From Coriobacteriia bacterium (GTDB lineage Bacteria > Actinomycetota > Coriobacteriia > Anaerosomatales > JAJZPX01): 64,000 bases of DNA. Below are positions 17,288-26,702 of this stretch, piece after piece. The stretch spans positions 35,631 to 99,630 of the forward strand of contig DASXUP010000009.1 of assembly GCA_036504755.1 (NCBI GenBank), written 5' to 3'. The notes beneath the pieces are model-generated. The model was not told the DNA's origin. It saw only the letters and a list, made by a program, of their open reading frames with translations, and did no database searches. The translations under genes and the position numbers were made by a program. Position 1 is the first letter of the stretch; each line of letters opens with the position of its first letter.

Positions 17288-18154
17288 ATGTCGGATCTCG
17301 CGGGGGAACAAGATGCCGAGGGTGGGCCTTCACAGGACGAGAGCGTCGAGAGCCCGCCGGTGACCTCCGGGGAACAGGCGCCCGCCGACCTCGGACACGA
17401 GCGCCTCACGGATGTGGAGGCGCAGCCGGACGAAGCCGGGTGCGACGCGGCGGCCGGGGCTAGCGAGGTCGCGGCGCAAGTGTCCCAGGACGCCCTGTTC
17501 ACGGTGGACCTCGCTCCGGCCGTGCAGCCGGTCCCCGGCGATGAAGGGGTGACCGCGTTCGGCGGTGCGCCCGACGACCTCGAGGCGATCCGCACCGAGC
17601 TGGGCGCGGGCGAGGAGCAAGAGGCCGTGCAGACGGACGCCGAGCCGCCGGTCCCCGAGACCCTCCCGGCGGCTGAGACGGCCGCGGATGCCGAAGCCGG
17701 GGCGGGCATCGCTCTCGCCGAGGCCGGCGTGCCGGAGGGCCAGGACGACGACGCGGACGCCGTGGAGGCGCTGCTCGACGAGGAAGCCGCCGAGGGGTTG
17801 CTGGAGCCGCCGGACCGCACGCTCTCCGTACCGTTCTTCGTCTACGACGGCGTCTGGCTGGTCTTCGCGATCGCGATGGTGGTCGCCCTGCGCGACGCTG
17901 CCGTAGCGGGCGCGCTCGACACAGCGCCCGCCTATCCGATGTTCGTGCTGGTCGCGCTCGTACTCACCGTGGTGGGACCACTGCTCGCGGTGTTCTTGTG
18001 GTGGCTGCGCCGTTCTCACGCGGCGAAAGGCGAGCGGACCGGGTTGCTCGCGAGCGCTCTGCTGCGCGGGGCGCTCGCGACCTTCGCCGGCGTCGCGATG
18101 TGGACGCTCGCCCGCGTCGTGCTCGACTACCTCCGCACGGGACGCTTCTTCTAG
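17288..18154 (+). CDS. Hypothetical membrane protein with long acidic low-complexity N-terminus
   Basis: ORF track 17288..18154. GGAGGGGA upstream of the start. About 170 aa rich in E/D/A/P, then three hydrophobic helices. No family recognised. Confidence 0.5.
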   Translation: MSDLAGEQDAEGGPSQDESVESPPVTSGEQAPADLGHERLTDVEAQPDEAGCDAAAGASEVAAQVSQDALFTVDLAPAVQPVPGDEGVTAFGGAPDDLEAIRTELGAGEEQEAVQTDAEPPVPETLPAAETAADAEAGAGIALAEAGVPEGQDDDADAVEALLDEEAAEGLLEPPDRTLSVPFFVYDGVWLVFAIAMVVALRDAAVAGALDTAPAYPMFVLVALVLTVVGPLLAVFLWWLRRSHAAKGERTGLLASALLRGALATFAGVAMWTLARVVLDYLRTGRFF

Positions 18155-20283
18155 GCTTCGTCCCGCACGGCCGGCAACACGATCACGAACCGCGCGCCGC
18201 CGCCCGGCGCGTCCTCGACCCGAGCCCGGCCACCGTGGTTCTCGGCGATGACCCGCACGATGTACAGGCCGAGGCCGAGGCCGGGCTTGCCCTCGGCCGT
18301 GGAGGCCAGTCTGCCGTAGCGCTGGAAGACCGACTCGCGGGACTCGGCCGGGATGCCGGGGCCTTCGTCCTCCACAGCGAGCAGGGCATGCTTCCCGACG
18401 GTGCTCACCCGGATCTTGACCGCCGTGTCCTCCGGAGAGTACTTGATCGCGTTCGTCACGAGGTTCATCAGCGCCTGCCGCAGCCGCCGCTCCTCGCCTG
18501 AGACCATCGCGGGAGCCTTCGCCACCACCTCGATGCGGTGTCCCATCGCCATGGGCTCGGCCGAGGAGGCGACCTCCCTTGCCACGTCGCCGAGGTCGAG
18601 CGGCTGCACGTTCTTCGGCGCGAGAAGACGGTCGGCCGTGGTCGCGTCGAGCAGGTCGTCGAGCAGCCCCGCCATCTTGACGGCGTTGTGGCGCGCCGAT
18701 TCGAGCGCGCGGCGGCGGGCGGCTTCCTCCAGCGGGCGTTCGAGGATGTCGAGGTAGCCCTGCACCACGGTGAGCGGGGCGCGCAGGTCGTGCGACACGA
18801 TGGAGAAGATCTCCTCGCGCATGGCGTCGAGATGGCGTTCCTCGGTGATGTCGCGCAAGCTCACCAGCATCCGGGACGCCTCGGGTCCGAGATCCGTCTC
18901 CTTGACCTCGACCCAACGCTCCCGCTCCTCGCCCGGCCGCACTCTCACGACGAGGGCTTTGCCCGACCCGAGCCAGGCTGCCGCGGCCGCTTCGATCCGC
19001 TCTCCGTCCTCGCGGAACGCCGGTATCAGCCGAGGCAGGTCGAACGCGCGCAGACCCACGAGCTCGTCGACGGGAAAGCCCAACATGTCCGCGGCCGCGC
19101 GGTTCACGAGCACGATCACCTCGTTCTCCACGAGCAGCTTCCCTTCCGGCGACCCGTCCAACGCCGCGCGCAGGGACGCTTGCGCGGTCCGCGCCTCGGC
19201 GGTCGCCTCCACGAGCTCGGCTTGACGGCGGCCGAGCGCCGCGAGCAGGCCGTCCACTTCCGACGCGAGCTCGCGGAACTCGGAGGTGGTCTCCGGGCGG
19301 ACCCCGACGGGTTCGCAAGGAAGGCCCTGGAGTGCGAGCGGGCCCTGCTCGCGGAGGTGCCGCCTGGTGCGGTCGATCGGTGATTGCACGGCTGCGGCCA
19401 GGCCGAGGCCGAAGAAAGCGCCGAGGCCTCCGACCAGCAGGGTCGCGACGAGGGCGGCCCGGTCGGCCACGGCCAGAGCGTCTTGGCGGCGCGTCTCTCG
19501 AAGGTCGAGGACGGCAAGCCCCGCGACCGGAGAAGCCACGCCCGGAAGCTCGACGGTGGAATGTGCGACGCCGTCCTTGATCTCGATCCTGCCGCGCGCG
19601 AACCCGGCGATGCCGGGGGTCAGGGACGCGGGTGTCGGGGACGGTGCGCTGAATCCGACGACAAGCCCATCCGTGAGAGGAGCGAAGCGCTTCTCGACGG
19701 CGGTGCTGAGTGGACGGCCGACGAGAAGCCGGCCGAGAGGGCTGCCGTCCGGGCTCGATATGGGCAGGCAGGCCACGATCAGGGGCCGGTCTCCCGCCCA
19801 TACCAGACCTGCGGTCCCGACGACGGACGCGCGGCCGGCCAGCGAGGTGAGCGCCGTCATCTCGGCAGGGGGACCGGCGAGCGCGACCGTCTTCCCCGAC
19901 GTGTCCGTGCGGACGAACGACGTGAGGCCCGCCGCCTGCACCCGTCCCGCCATCCACTCCGCGGACGCGACGTCCGAACCTTTCCCGACCCAGGGCCGAC
20001 CGCTGGCCCGGGCCATCTCGGCCGCTCGCTCCGCTACGTCATCCTGTTCCATCGCGATGAAGGTCCGGAACGCCGAGAGCTGCCGACGCGCGTTCTCCTC
20101 CGCGAAGCGGTCGAATTGCGCCACTGCGGCGAAGTGGACGGCGACGAACATCGCGGCGACACCGAGGATGCTGAACCCGGCAGCGGCCGACACCAGCCGC
20201 CACCGCAGGGTCCTCGGTTGCAGGCGGTGCACGTACGGGCCGAGCTTGTGGAGAAGCTCTCCGAGCATCGGCATTCGCTGCAC
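18151..20283 (-). CDS. Membrane sensor histidine kinase (periplasmic/extracytoplasmic sensor, PAS, HisKA, HATPase_c)
   Basis: ORF track 18151..20283 (-). H-box FSIVSHDLRAPLTVVQGYL. N/G boxes NLVTNAIKYSP, EDEGPGIP and GLGLGLYIVRVIAENHGG. Confidence 0.85.
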   Translation of the reverse strand: MQRMPMLGELLHKLGPYVHRLQPRTLRWRLVSAAAGFSILGVAAMFVAVHFAAVAQFDRFAEENARRQLSAFRTFIAMEQDDVAERAAEMARASGRPWVGKGSDVASAEWMAGRVQAAGLTSFVRTDTSGKTVALAGPPAEMTALTSLAGRASVVGTAGLVWAGDRPLIVACLPISSPDGSPLGRLLVGRPLSTAVEKRFAPLTDGLVVGFSAPSPTPASLTPGIAGFARGRIEIKDGVAHSTVELPGVASPVAGLAVLDLRETRRQDALAVADRAALVATLLVGGLGAFFGLGLAAAVQSPIDRTRRHLREQGPLALQGLPCEPVGVRPETTSEFRELASEVDGLLAALGRRQAELVEATAEARTAQASLRAALDGSPEGKLLVENEVIVLVNRAAADMLGFPVDELVGLRAFDLPRLIPAFREDGERIEAAAAAWLGSGKALVVRVRPGEERERWVEVKETDLGPEASRMLVSLRDITEERHLDAMREEIFSIVSHDLRAPLTVVQGYLDILERPLEEAARRRALESARHNAVKMAGLLDDLLDATTADRLLAPKNVQPLDLGDVAREVASSAEPMAMGHRIEVVAKAPAMVSGEERRLRQALMNLVTNAIKYSPEDTAVKIRVSTVGKHALLAVEDEGPGIPAESRESVFQRYGRLASTAEGKPGLGLGLYIVRVIAENHGGRARVEDAPGGGARFVIVLPAVRDEA

Positions 20284-20426
20284 CTCCCGTCGCGATGTCG
20301 GCCGAGATCCCGGTCCGATAGCCTAGCCGGTCATCCCCGATTTCGCGGTCCGAGCGGCCCGAATACCCTCTTGGAAGGCATTGTACGAGGTTGCGAGGCC
20401 CGCCGCTGTGACCGTCCGTCGAGCGG

Positions 20427-23102
20427 TCAGCGCGCCCTCCGCACCTTCACAAGGTCGATGACCGCGATGGGGAGTAGCGCCGCCACGAGCACCGCGAGCC
20501 AGTCGGTCGCGGCCAGCGGGACCGTGGCGAACACCTGCCGGAGCGCGGGCACGTACAGCACCAGCGCCTGCAGGCTCATCGAGCCGAGGAGCGCGGCCAC
20601 GAGCCAGCGGTTGCACAGCGACGATGCGCTCCAAACGGAACGCGTCTCGCTGCGGAGACCGAACGCGTGCAGCAGCTGCACGAGCACCATCGCCGTGAAC
20701 AGCATGGTGCGGGCGCGCTCCGGAGAGTGACCGGGCATCAGGACCTGCCCCCACACGAACACCAGAAGTCCCGCCGCCGTCAGCAGGGAGCCTTGCCAGA
20801 GGATCTGGATCTGCCGACGACGCACGAGTATGCCCTCCTCGGCCGAACGGGGCGCGCGGTCCATGATGCGGCGTCCGGGAGGGTCGACGCCGAGAGCCAG
20901 CGCGGGAAGGCCGTCGGTCACGAGGTTGATCCACAGCAGCTGGAGCGGGAGGAGCACGGGGGTGGGCGAGAAGAACGTGGTGACGAAGACGATGAGCACC
21001 TCGGAGACGTTGCACGACAGCAGGAAGAGGATGACCTTGCGCAAGTTGTCGAAGACCATGCGGCCCTCGCGCACCGCCTCGACTATCGTGGCGAAGTCGT
21101 CGTCGGCGAGGACCATGTCCGACGCTTCGCGGCTGACGTCCGTCCCCACGAGACCCATCGCCACGCCGATGTCCGCGCGCTTGAGCGCCGGCGCGTCGTT
21201 CACGCCGTCGCCCGTCATCGCGACCACCTCGCCGTGCGACTTCAGCGCGTCGACTATCCGCAGCTTGTGGGCCGGGTCCACCCGCGCGTACACGCGGACG
21301 TCCTCGACGGCTGCCGCCAGCGCCTCGTCGCTCATCCGCTCGAGCTCGGCGCCGGTGACGACGCGCTCGCCCTCCTCGAGCAGCCCGATCTCGGTGCCGA
21401 TCGCGCGGGCGGTCAGCGCCTGGTCGCCGGTGATCATCGCGACCTCGATGCCGGCTCGGCGGCACGTCGCCAGCGCTTCCGGCACCTCCGCACGCGGCGG
21501 GTCCACGAGCCCCAGGAGCCCGACGTAGGTCATGCCGGTCTCGAGGACTTCGTCTTCCGGCAGCGGGTCCTCGGCTGACAGCTCCCGCATCGCCACGGCC
21601 AGAGTCCGGTACCCCTTAGAGGCCAGCGACTCGTCCTGCCCGTGGATGAGCAGCAGGAGCTCCTCGGTCATCGCCGTCGTCTCGCCGTGCACGCGCGCGT
21701 GCGTGCACAGGCCCAGGACGACGTCGGCGCCACCCTTCATGTACGCGACGCGGCGGTCATCGACCGCGTGCACCGTCGTCATCCGCTTGCGCTCCGAGTC
21801 GAACGGCACCTCGGCTATGCGGCGCGGGCGCAGGCGCTCGGGCGCCGCGAGGTTGTCGGCCGCCGCGAGCAGCGCCGTCTCGGTCGGATCGCCGAGGTAC
21901 CCGCCGCCCTCGAGCGGCTCGGCGTCGTTGCAGGACGCGGCGATGGCCAGCACGAGCGCGCGGTCGGCCGCGTCGGGGACGCGATCCGCGGGGCGCTCGG
22001 CCCAGTCCGGCAGGATCTCGACGGGGTCGGTCCCGACGAGGATGCTGCGCACGCGCATCTCGTTACGCGTCAGCGTCCCCGTCTTGTCCGAGCAGATGAA
22101 GGTGGTGGAGCCGAGCGTCTCGACCGCGTGCAGCTTGCGAACGATGGCGTTGTGCTCGGCCATCCGGCGCACGCCGAGGGAGAGAGCGACGGTCACTATG
22201 GCGGGGAGGCCTTCGGGGATGGCCGCCACCGCGAGCGAGATCGCGACCAGCAGGGCGACGGTGAGTCCTCGGCTGAGAGGCACTCCCGCCCTCGACGCCT
22301 GCCAGATGCCCACGGCGAACACCGCGACCGCGACCGCGAGCACGAGGAGTGCGATGCGCTTGCCTACGCTCTTGAGTTCGCGCTGCAGCGGCGTCGGCTC
22401 GTTCTCCTGGGCGTCCAGCATCTCGGCGATGCGCCCGACCTCGGTCGTGCCGGCGGTCTCCGTCACGACGAAGCGGCCGCGGCCGACGGCCACCGAGGTG
22501 CTGGCGTACACCATGTCGCGCCGGTCGCCGAGCACGAGCCGCTCGTCCGGGAGCGGCTCGACGTGCTTCGCGGCGGGCACGCTCTCACCCGTGAGCGACG
22601 ACTCGTCCACTCGCAGCGCGGCGGCCTCGACCAGGCGGCCGTCGGCGGGGATGTTGTCGCCCGCGGCGAGCACCACGATGTCGCCGGGGACGAGCATCGC
22701 GGCGGCGAGCTGCTGCTGACGTCCGTCGCGCACGACCGTGGCGAGGGGCGCCGCCATCTCACGCAGCGCCTCCATCGCGCGCTCCGCTCGCGACTCCTGG
22801 AGGAAGCCGAGGATGCCGTTCAGCAGGAGGATCGTGAGGATGGCGACGGCGTCGAGGAGCTCGCCCTCGAACGCGGAGATGAGCACGGCGACGGCGAGCA
22901 CCCAGATCATGAAGTCGTTGAACTGCCCGGCGAATCGCCTCCACGCGGGCGTGCGGACGGAGGCGCGGAGCTGGTTCGGGCCCGCGGCCGCCAGTCGTGC
23001 GACAGCTTCGGGCGAGGTCAACCCCGCGGACGGGTCGGACCCGAGCGCTTCGAGCACCAGGTCGGGCGTCATCGCGTGCCACGGGCCACGGGTCTCGGCC
23101 AA
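20427..23102 (-). CDS. P-type ATPase, P2A (SERCA/PMCA-like, probably Ca2+-translocating)
   Basis: ORF 20427..23321 (-). Motifs ICSDKTGTLT, TGDGVNDAPALK and PEGLPAIVTV (the P2 signature). Start placed at TTG 23102 (GAGGAGGA upstream); ATG 23072 is the alternative. Upstream in-frame sequence rejected because of a terminator-like hairpin. Confidence 0.88.
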   Translation of the reverse strand: MAETRGPWHAMTPDLVLEALGSDPSAGLTSPEAVARLAAAGPNQLRASVRTPAWRRFAGQFNDFMIWVLAVAVLISAFEGELLDAVAILTILLLNGILGFLQESRAERAMEALREMAAPLATVVRDGRQQQLAAAMLVPGDIVVLAAGDNIPADGRLVEAAALRVDESSLTGESVPAAKHVEPLPDERLVLGDRRDMVYASTSVAVGRGRFVVTETAGTTEVGRIAEMLDAQENEPTPLQRELKSVGKRIALLVLAVAVAVFAVGIWQASRAGVPLSRGLTVALLVAISLAVAAIPEGLPAIVTVALSLGVRRMAEHNAIVRKLHAVETLGSTTFICSDKTGTLTRNEMRVRSILVGTDPVEILPDWAERPADRVPDAADRALVLAIAASCNDAEPLEGGGYLGDPTETALLAAADNLAAPERLRPRRIAEVPFDSERKRMTTVHAVDDRRVAYMKGGADVVLGLCTHARVHGETTAMTEELLLLIHGQDESLASKGYRTLAVAMRELSAEDPLPEDEVLETGMTYVGLLGLVDPPRAEVPEALATCRRAGIEVAMITGDQALTARAIGTEIGLLEEGERVVTGAELERMSDEALAAAVEDVRVYARVDPAHKLRIVDALKSHGEVVAMTGDGVNDAPALKRADIGVAMGLVGTDVSREASDMVLADDDFATIVEAVREGRMVFDNLRKVILFLLSCNVSEVLIVFVTTFFSPTPVLLPLQLLWINLVTDGLPALALGVDPPGRRIMDRAPRSAEEGILVRRRQIQILWQGSLLTAAGLLVFVWGQVLMPGHSPERARTMLFTAMVLVQLLHAFGLRSETRSVWSASSLCNRWLVAALLGSMSLQALVLYVPALRQVFATVPLAATDWLAVLVAALLPIAVIDLVKVRRAR

Positions 23103-23116
23103 CTGCTCCTCCTCGA

Positions 23117-23157
23117 CGAAAAGAGACCTCCGGTGGGGTTGTCCCACCGAAGGTCTC
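23117..23157 (-). terminator. Terminator/attenuator-like hairpin in the ATPase 5' leader
   Basis: On the minus strand: GAGACCTtCGGTGGG-acaac-CCCACCGgAGGTCTC followed by TTTTCG. It ends 15 nt before the TTG start. Confidence 0.4.
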
Positions 23158-23365
23158 GCGCTCACATCCGTGAAGGCAGGGCCGGGGCTTCTCGCCCGGG
23201 TATGTCGGCCTGCCCTCCCGCTCTCGCGGGCCGCTACTCCCCTTCGTTGCGCCATCGTACCAGACCGGCCGAGGCGCTCATCGTCGCGACCGTTCGTCAC
23301 GGGATGAGACCCGCTCGGCAAGTCCTAACCTATAGATATCGGCTCGTGAAGCGAATCACTTTACA

Positions 23366-23395
23366 TCTATAGGAGAATTAACCATAAATAAGCAA
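23366..23395 (-). promoter_or_regulatory. Putative promoter of the P-type ATPase
   Basis: On the minus strand: TTGCTT (23395-23390), 18-nt spacer, TATAGA (23371-23366), in the only AT-rich patch of the region. This would give a leader of about 250 nt. Confidence 0.35.
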
Positions 23396-23568
23396 GCGAC
23401 AGACAGGGGCCGGGCCCAGCGGCCCCTGTCCTATCGCTTCCACTACTTGCAACGACAGGCCCGACGGGAGCCGAGCTCACCAGCTCGGCATAGGGCCGCA
23501 AACGTGCGCGACGAGGCTCAGGGGCGACCTTGCCGGCGCAGAAGCGCATCGAGCGAGGGGGATCCATC

Positions 23569-25734
23569 ATGACCGTCTTTCCTTGGCGACGCCCGACACG
23601 CCCCGTCATCAGGGCGGTGATGGTCGGCTGCGCGGCGCTCGCGCTCGTGATGGCCTCGGCCGCCTCGGCGTTCGCCGCGACCGCGTTCACCAACGCGGCG
23701 CCCACGGCAGTGCCTAACACCGTGAACCTGAACAGCGTCACGGTGCAGGTCCATGCGTCCGACCCGGCCGAGATCCGCTCGGCGTCGTTGACGCTCGACG
23801 GCGTCGCGAAGACGCCGGCGGTGAACTACGACGGATACTGGACGGGCAACGGATGCGACACGTGGTTCGTCGCCGACCCCACGAACGCCACCGTCTCGTA
23901 CAAGATCCCGTCGGCGGCGGTCGGCCCGCACGAAGTCACCGTGAGCGTGACGAACGGAGCAGGTGCGGTCGCGTCGGAGTCGTGGTCGTTCTCCGTCGCG
24001 GGGCCGGATACGACCTTCACCACGGCAACGCCGGCCCCCGGATCCACGATCACCGTATGGGATCCGGCCATCGGCGTCTCGCTCCAGGACCCCGCGGGCG
24101 TCTCCGACGGGCCGAGCGTGACGCTCGACGGCGTGACGCATCCCGTGGCCATGCTCTTCGGCGATCAGCGCATCAGCATGGACACCTGGAACGACATCAT
24201 CTACAACGCTCTTCCGTGGGAAGTGCCGACGGTCGACTGGTCGAAGGGCTACGTCACGTTCACGCCCTCGAGCCTTCCGGACGGCCCCCACGAAGTGACG
24301 GTGAGGGCGGGCAACAACACCGGTCGTACGGCGACCCATTCCTGGTCCTTCACCGTGGCGGCCCCGCCGAAGATCACGGCCATGCTTCCCGTGGATGGCA
24401 GCAGCGTCCCGACGCAGAGCCCGAGGATCTCGGCGAACGTCGCGGACAACGGCACGATCGCTTCGATGAAGATGCTCGTGGACGGCGCACAGGTCCCGGC
24501 GACCTACGATTCGACCACGAAGACGTTCAGTTACGCGCCCGGGCCTCTGTCGAACGACCGCCAGCACACCGTGCGCGTCGAGGCCACGGATGCGGGGGGC
24601 CTGAAGGCGACCGCCGAGTGGAAGTTCACGGTGCAGGTCTACGCGGACATGCCGGTGAGCTCTACCTGCGAGACTTGCCACGACGCCACCAAGCACCCGA
24701 TGAGCAAGTGCGAGGCGTGCCACAACGTCGTCTACATCGGCCATGGCCCAGGAGGGCCGGTCTCGTGGTGTCTCACGTGCCACCACATCGGCAGCCACGG
24801 TCCGAACGTCATCATCCCCGGCGTCACGTGGGGTGGCGGCGACACGCCACAGCCTGGCTACACCGGCTACTGGGGGAACTACTGCGACTACTGCCACAAC
24901 GCGAAGTACGCGAGCATCCCCCGGCATCCCGACGACAACGCGGCCTTCCACGACACCAAGGCCGACGTGTCCGCGTGCGCCCCGTGTCACGTGAGATCCC
25001 TGACGCGCGAGCACTACCGCTACGCCAAGGACGGCAAGCAGCTCTCCTGCGACATCTGTCATGGGCCGAACGCGCCCGACAAGGTGAAGGCCGCGGTCTC
25101 GTCCGGCGACACGGCGTGTACCGCGTGCCACGACTTCGCATCGAGCGGCGACCCGCACGAGGCCGTCCACACGCCGACCGGACTCAGCTGGCAGTGCACC
25201 ATGTGCCACACGGACTCGCTCATCAGCGAGCACATGACGAACTGGACGTCGAGCGGCAAGGGCATCGGCTGTCAGAGCTGTCACGCGTCCGTGGACGGTC
25301 GCGTCGTCTGGGCGATATTCGCCGGAGACAAGAAGTGCTCAGCCTGCCACGTGAGCGCGCACGCCCTCGGTCTCGCGCCGGCGCCGACGGGGATACCGCA
25401 GTATCCGGGGTATCGCTGGTCGCAGCCGATCGACACCACCCTGTTCGCGGGCGAGAGCTGGCTCGCTCCCGGCTTCGCCACCAGAGGGCTCGTCATCGTC
25501 TCGGACCGCCGCACCGACGTGACCCCGGCCCAGGTGTGGGAGTTCTACGCCGGGCAGATGCCGGCCGCCGGATGGATGCTCGCTTCGGGAGCGCCCGCCA
25601 GCGGAGACACGGCGTTCAAGGCGACGTTCACCAAGGGAAGCCACAGCGTGGTCCTGTGGTGCTACGGCGGAGAGGGTCATGCGGCCGCCCCGGTGGTAAG
25701 CACCGGATACCGCGTCGAGGTGCTCTACAGGTAG
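23569..25734 (+). CDS. Secreted multiheme c-type cytochrome-like protein: signal peptide, 3 Ig-like repeats, 10 CxxCH motifs, C-terminal domain of unknown function
   Basis: Frame of ORF 23530..25734 from ATG 23569 (GAGGGGGA upstream). Signal peptide RAVMVGCAALALVMASAASAFA. Repeats ending SWSFSVAG, HSWSFTVAA and AEWKFTVQV. Heme motifs CETCH, CEACH, CLTCH, CDYCH, CAPCH, CDICH, CTACH, CTMCH, CQSCH and CSACH, spanning nt 24667-25350. Confidence 0.8.
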   Translation: MTVFPWRRPTRPVIRAVMVGCAALALVMASAASAFAATAFTNAAPTAVPNTVNLNSVTVQVHASDPAEIRSASLTLDGVAKTPAVNYDGYWTGNGCDTWFVADPTNATVSYKIPSAAVGPHEVTVSVTNGAGAVASESWSFSVAGPDTTFTTATPAPGSTITVWDPAIGVSLQDPAGVSDGPSVTLDGVTHPVAMLFGDQRISMDTWNDIIYNALPWEVPTVDWSKGYVTFTPSSLPDGPHEVTVRAGNNTGRTATHSWSFTVAAPPKITAMLPVDGSSVPTQSPRISANVADNGTIASMKMLVDGAQVPATYDSTTKTFSYAPGPLSNDRQHTVRVEATDAGGLKATAEWKFTVQVYADMPVSSTCETCHDATKHPMSKCEACHNVVYIGHGPGGPVSWCLTCHHIGSHGPNVIIPGVTWGGGDTPQPGYTGYWGNYCDYCHNAKYASIPRHPDDNAAFHDTKADVSACAPCHVRSLTREHYRYAKDGKQLSCDICHGPNAPDKVKAAVSSGDTACTACHDFASSGDPHEAVHTPTGLSWQCTMCHTDSLISEHMTNWTSSGKGIGCQSCHASVDGRVVWAIFAGDKKCSACHVSAHALGLAPAPTGIPQYPGYRWSQPIDTTLFAGESWLAPGFATRGLVIVSDRRTDVTPAQVWEFYAGQMPAAGWMLASGAPASGDTAFKATFTKGSHSVVLWCYGGEGHAAAPVVSTGYRVEVLYR

Positions 25735-25754
25735 CGGGCGGCATCGCCGTCATC

Positions 25755-25788
25755 GGAAGGCCGGGTCCCGAAAGGGGTCCGGTCTTCC
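25755..25788. terminator. Bidirectional terminator-like hairpin (GAAA tetraloop) between the cytochrome gene and sdaAA
   Basis: GGAAGGCCGGGTCCC-gaaa-GGGGTCCGGTCTTCC, a 15-bp stem including G-U pairs. Confidence 0.55.
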
Positions 25789-25792
25789 CGCG

Positions 25793-26644
25793 TCACCCGC
25801 CGCAGCAGCTCCTGCCGGTAGGCGTCGCGGCGAGGCCTCCGAGTGCCGTCTCACGCAGCGAGGGGGGCAGACTGCGTCCGACCGCACCGAGAGCGTCGAT
25901 CACCTCGTCGAGCGGGATCGGGAAAATCACGCCCGCGAGAGCCATCTCGACCGCCGCCATCGCCACCGCGGCGCCCGTGGCGTTGCGGACCACGCACGGG
26001 ACCTCGACGAGACCGGCGACCGGGTCGCACACGAGGCCCAGCAGCCCCTGCAGCGCGAGCGCCGCGGCGTGCCCCGCCTGCTCCGGCGAGCCCCCCGCCA
26101 GCTCCGTCGCGGCGGCTGCCGCCATGGCGGCGCCGGATCCGACCTCGGCCTGACATCCGCCTGACGCCCCCGAGAGCGTCGCTCGCGCGGCGATCACGCC
26201 GCCGATCCCGCCGGCCGCCGCCAGCGCGCTCACGACCTGCTCTCGGGATGCGGACGTGCGCTGCGCGGTCGTCAGCAGCAGCGCCGGCAGCACGCCCGAA
26301 GCGCCGGCGGTGGGTGCGGCGACGATACGGCCCATCGCGGCGTTCACCTCGCCTGTGGCGAGCGCCGCCGCCAGCGCAGTGTCGAACCCTTCACCGAACA
26401 GCCGAGGGGCCTCGGCCGACACCTTGGCAGCGTCACCGCCCACTAGGCCCGAGCGCGACCGGGCCTCGCCGGACAGGCCGCGGCTCACGGCGTCCTCCAT
26501 CACGCCCAGCGCCTCGGCGAACCGCGCTTCGATCCGGCCGGCCGGCACGCCGGTCTCTTCCGCCTCGAGCGCGATGACGGCGGCGCCGAGCGATCCGCGC
26601 GCGGTCGCGTCGGCGAGGAGTGATGCGAACGAGGCGTGCGCCAT
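25793..26644 (-). CDS. sdaAA: L-serine ammonia-lyase (Fe-S dependent), alpha subunit
   Basis: ORF track 25793..26644 (-). Motifs AAPTAGASGVLPA, GASGGCQAEVGSGAAMAAAA and LVCDPVAGLVEVPCVVRNA are typical of SdaAA. Confidence 0.9.
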   Translation of the reverse strand: MAHASFASLLADATARGSLGAAVIALEAEETGVPAGRIEARFAEALGVMEDAVSRGLSGEARSRSGLVGGDAAKVSAEAPRLFGEGFDTALAAALATGEVNAAMGRIVAAPTAGASGVLPALLLTTAQRTSASREQVVSALAAAGGIGGVIAARATLSGASGGCQAEVGSGAAMAAAAATELAGGSPEQAGHAAALALQGLLGLVCDPVAGLVEVPCVVRNATGAAVAMAAVEMALAGVIFPIPLDEVIDALGAVGRSLPPSLRETALGGLAATPTGRSCCGG

Positions 26645-26663
26645 GGCTGTCTCCTGGATCTCG

Positions 26664-26676
26664 GGGCCGGTCTAGA
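26664..26676 (+). repeat. Left copy of a short direct repeat flanking the 17-kb segment
   Basis: GGGCCGGTC-TAGA. The partner GGGCCGGTCCTAGA lies at 43828-43841. Confidence 0.5.
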
Positions 26677-26702
26677 TTCTAGCAGCCGAACGGCACCGGC
26701 CC

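Noticed and set aside
23103-23321. An in-frame upstream extension of the P-type ATPase ORF (up to 73 extra aa).
   Set aside because: The extension contains a terminator-like hairpin with a U tract and has no ATPase-like sequence. An SD-preceded TTG sits just before the conserved PWHA...GL(T/S) N-terminal region.
23103-23400. Assignment of the ATPase leader as an M-box (Mg2+) riboswitch.
   Set aside because: Only a vague GGTTAGG resemblance was seen, and I could not recognise the conserved M-box core. The downstream pump also has the Ca2+-type PEGLP signature rather than the MgtA type. It is kept only as an unclassified structured leader.
23367-23741. A 124-aa minus-strand ORF in the ATPase/cytochrome intergenic region.
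   Set aside because: It overlaps the start and signal peptide of the cytochrome-like gene in antisense. It has no SD and no recognisable family, and it includes the AT-rich promoter patch.
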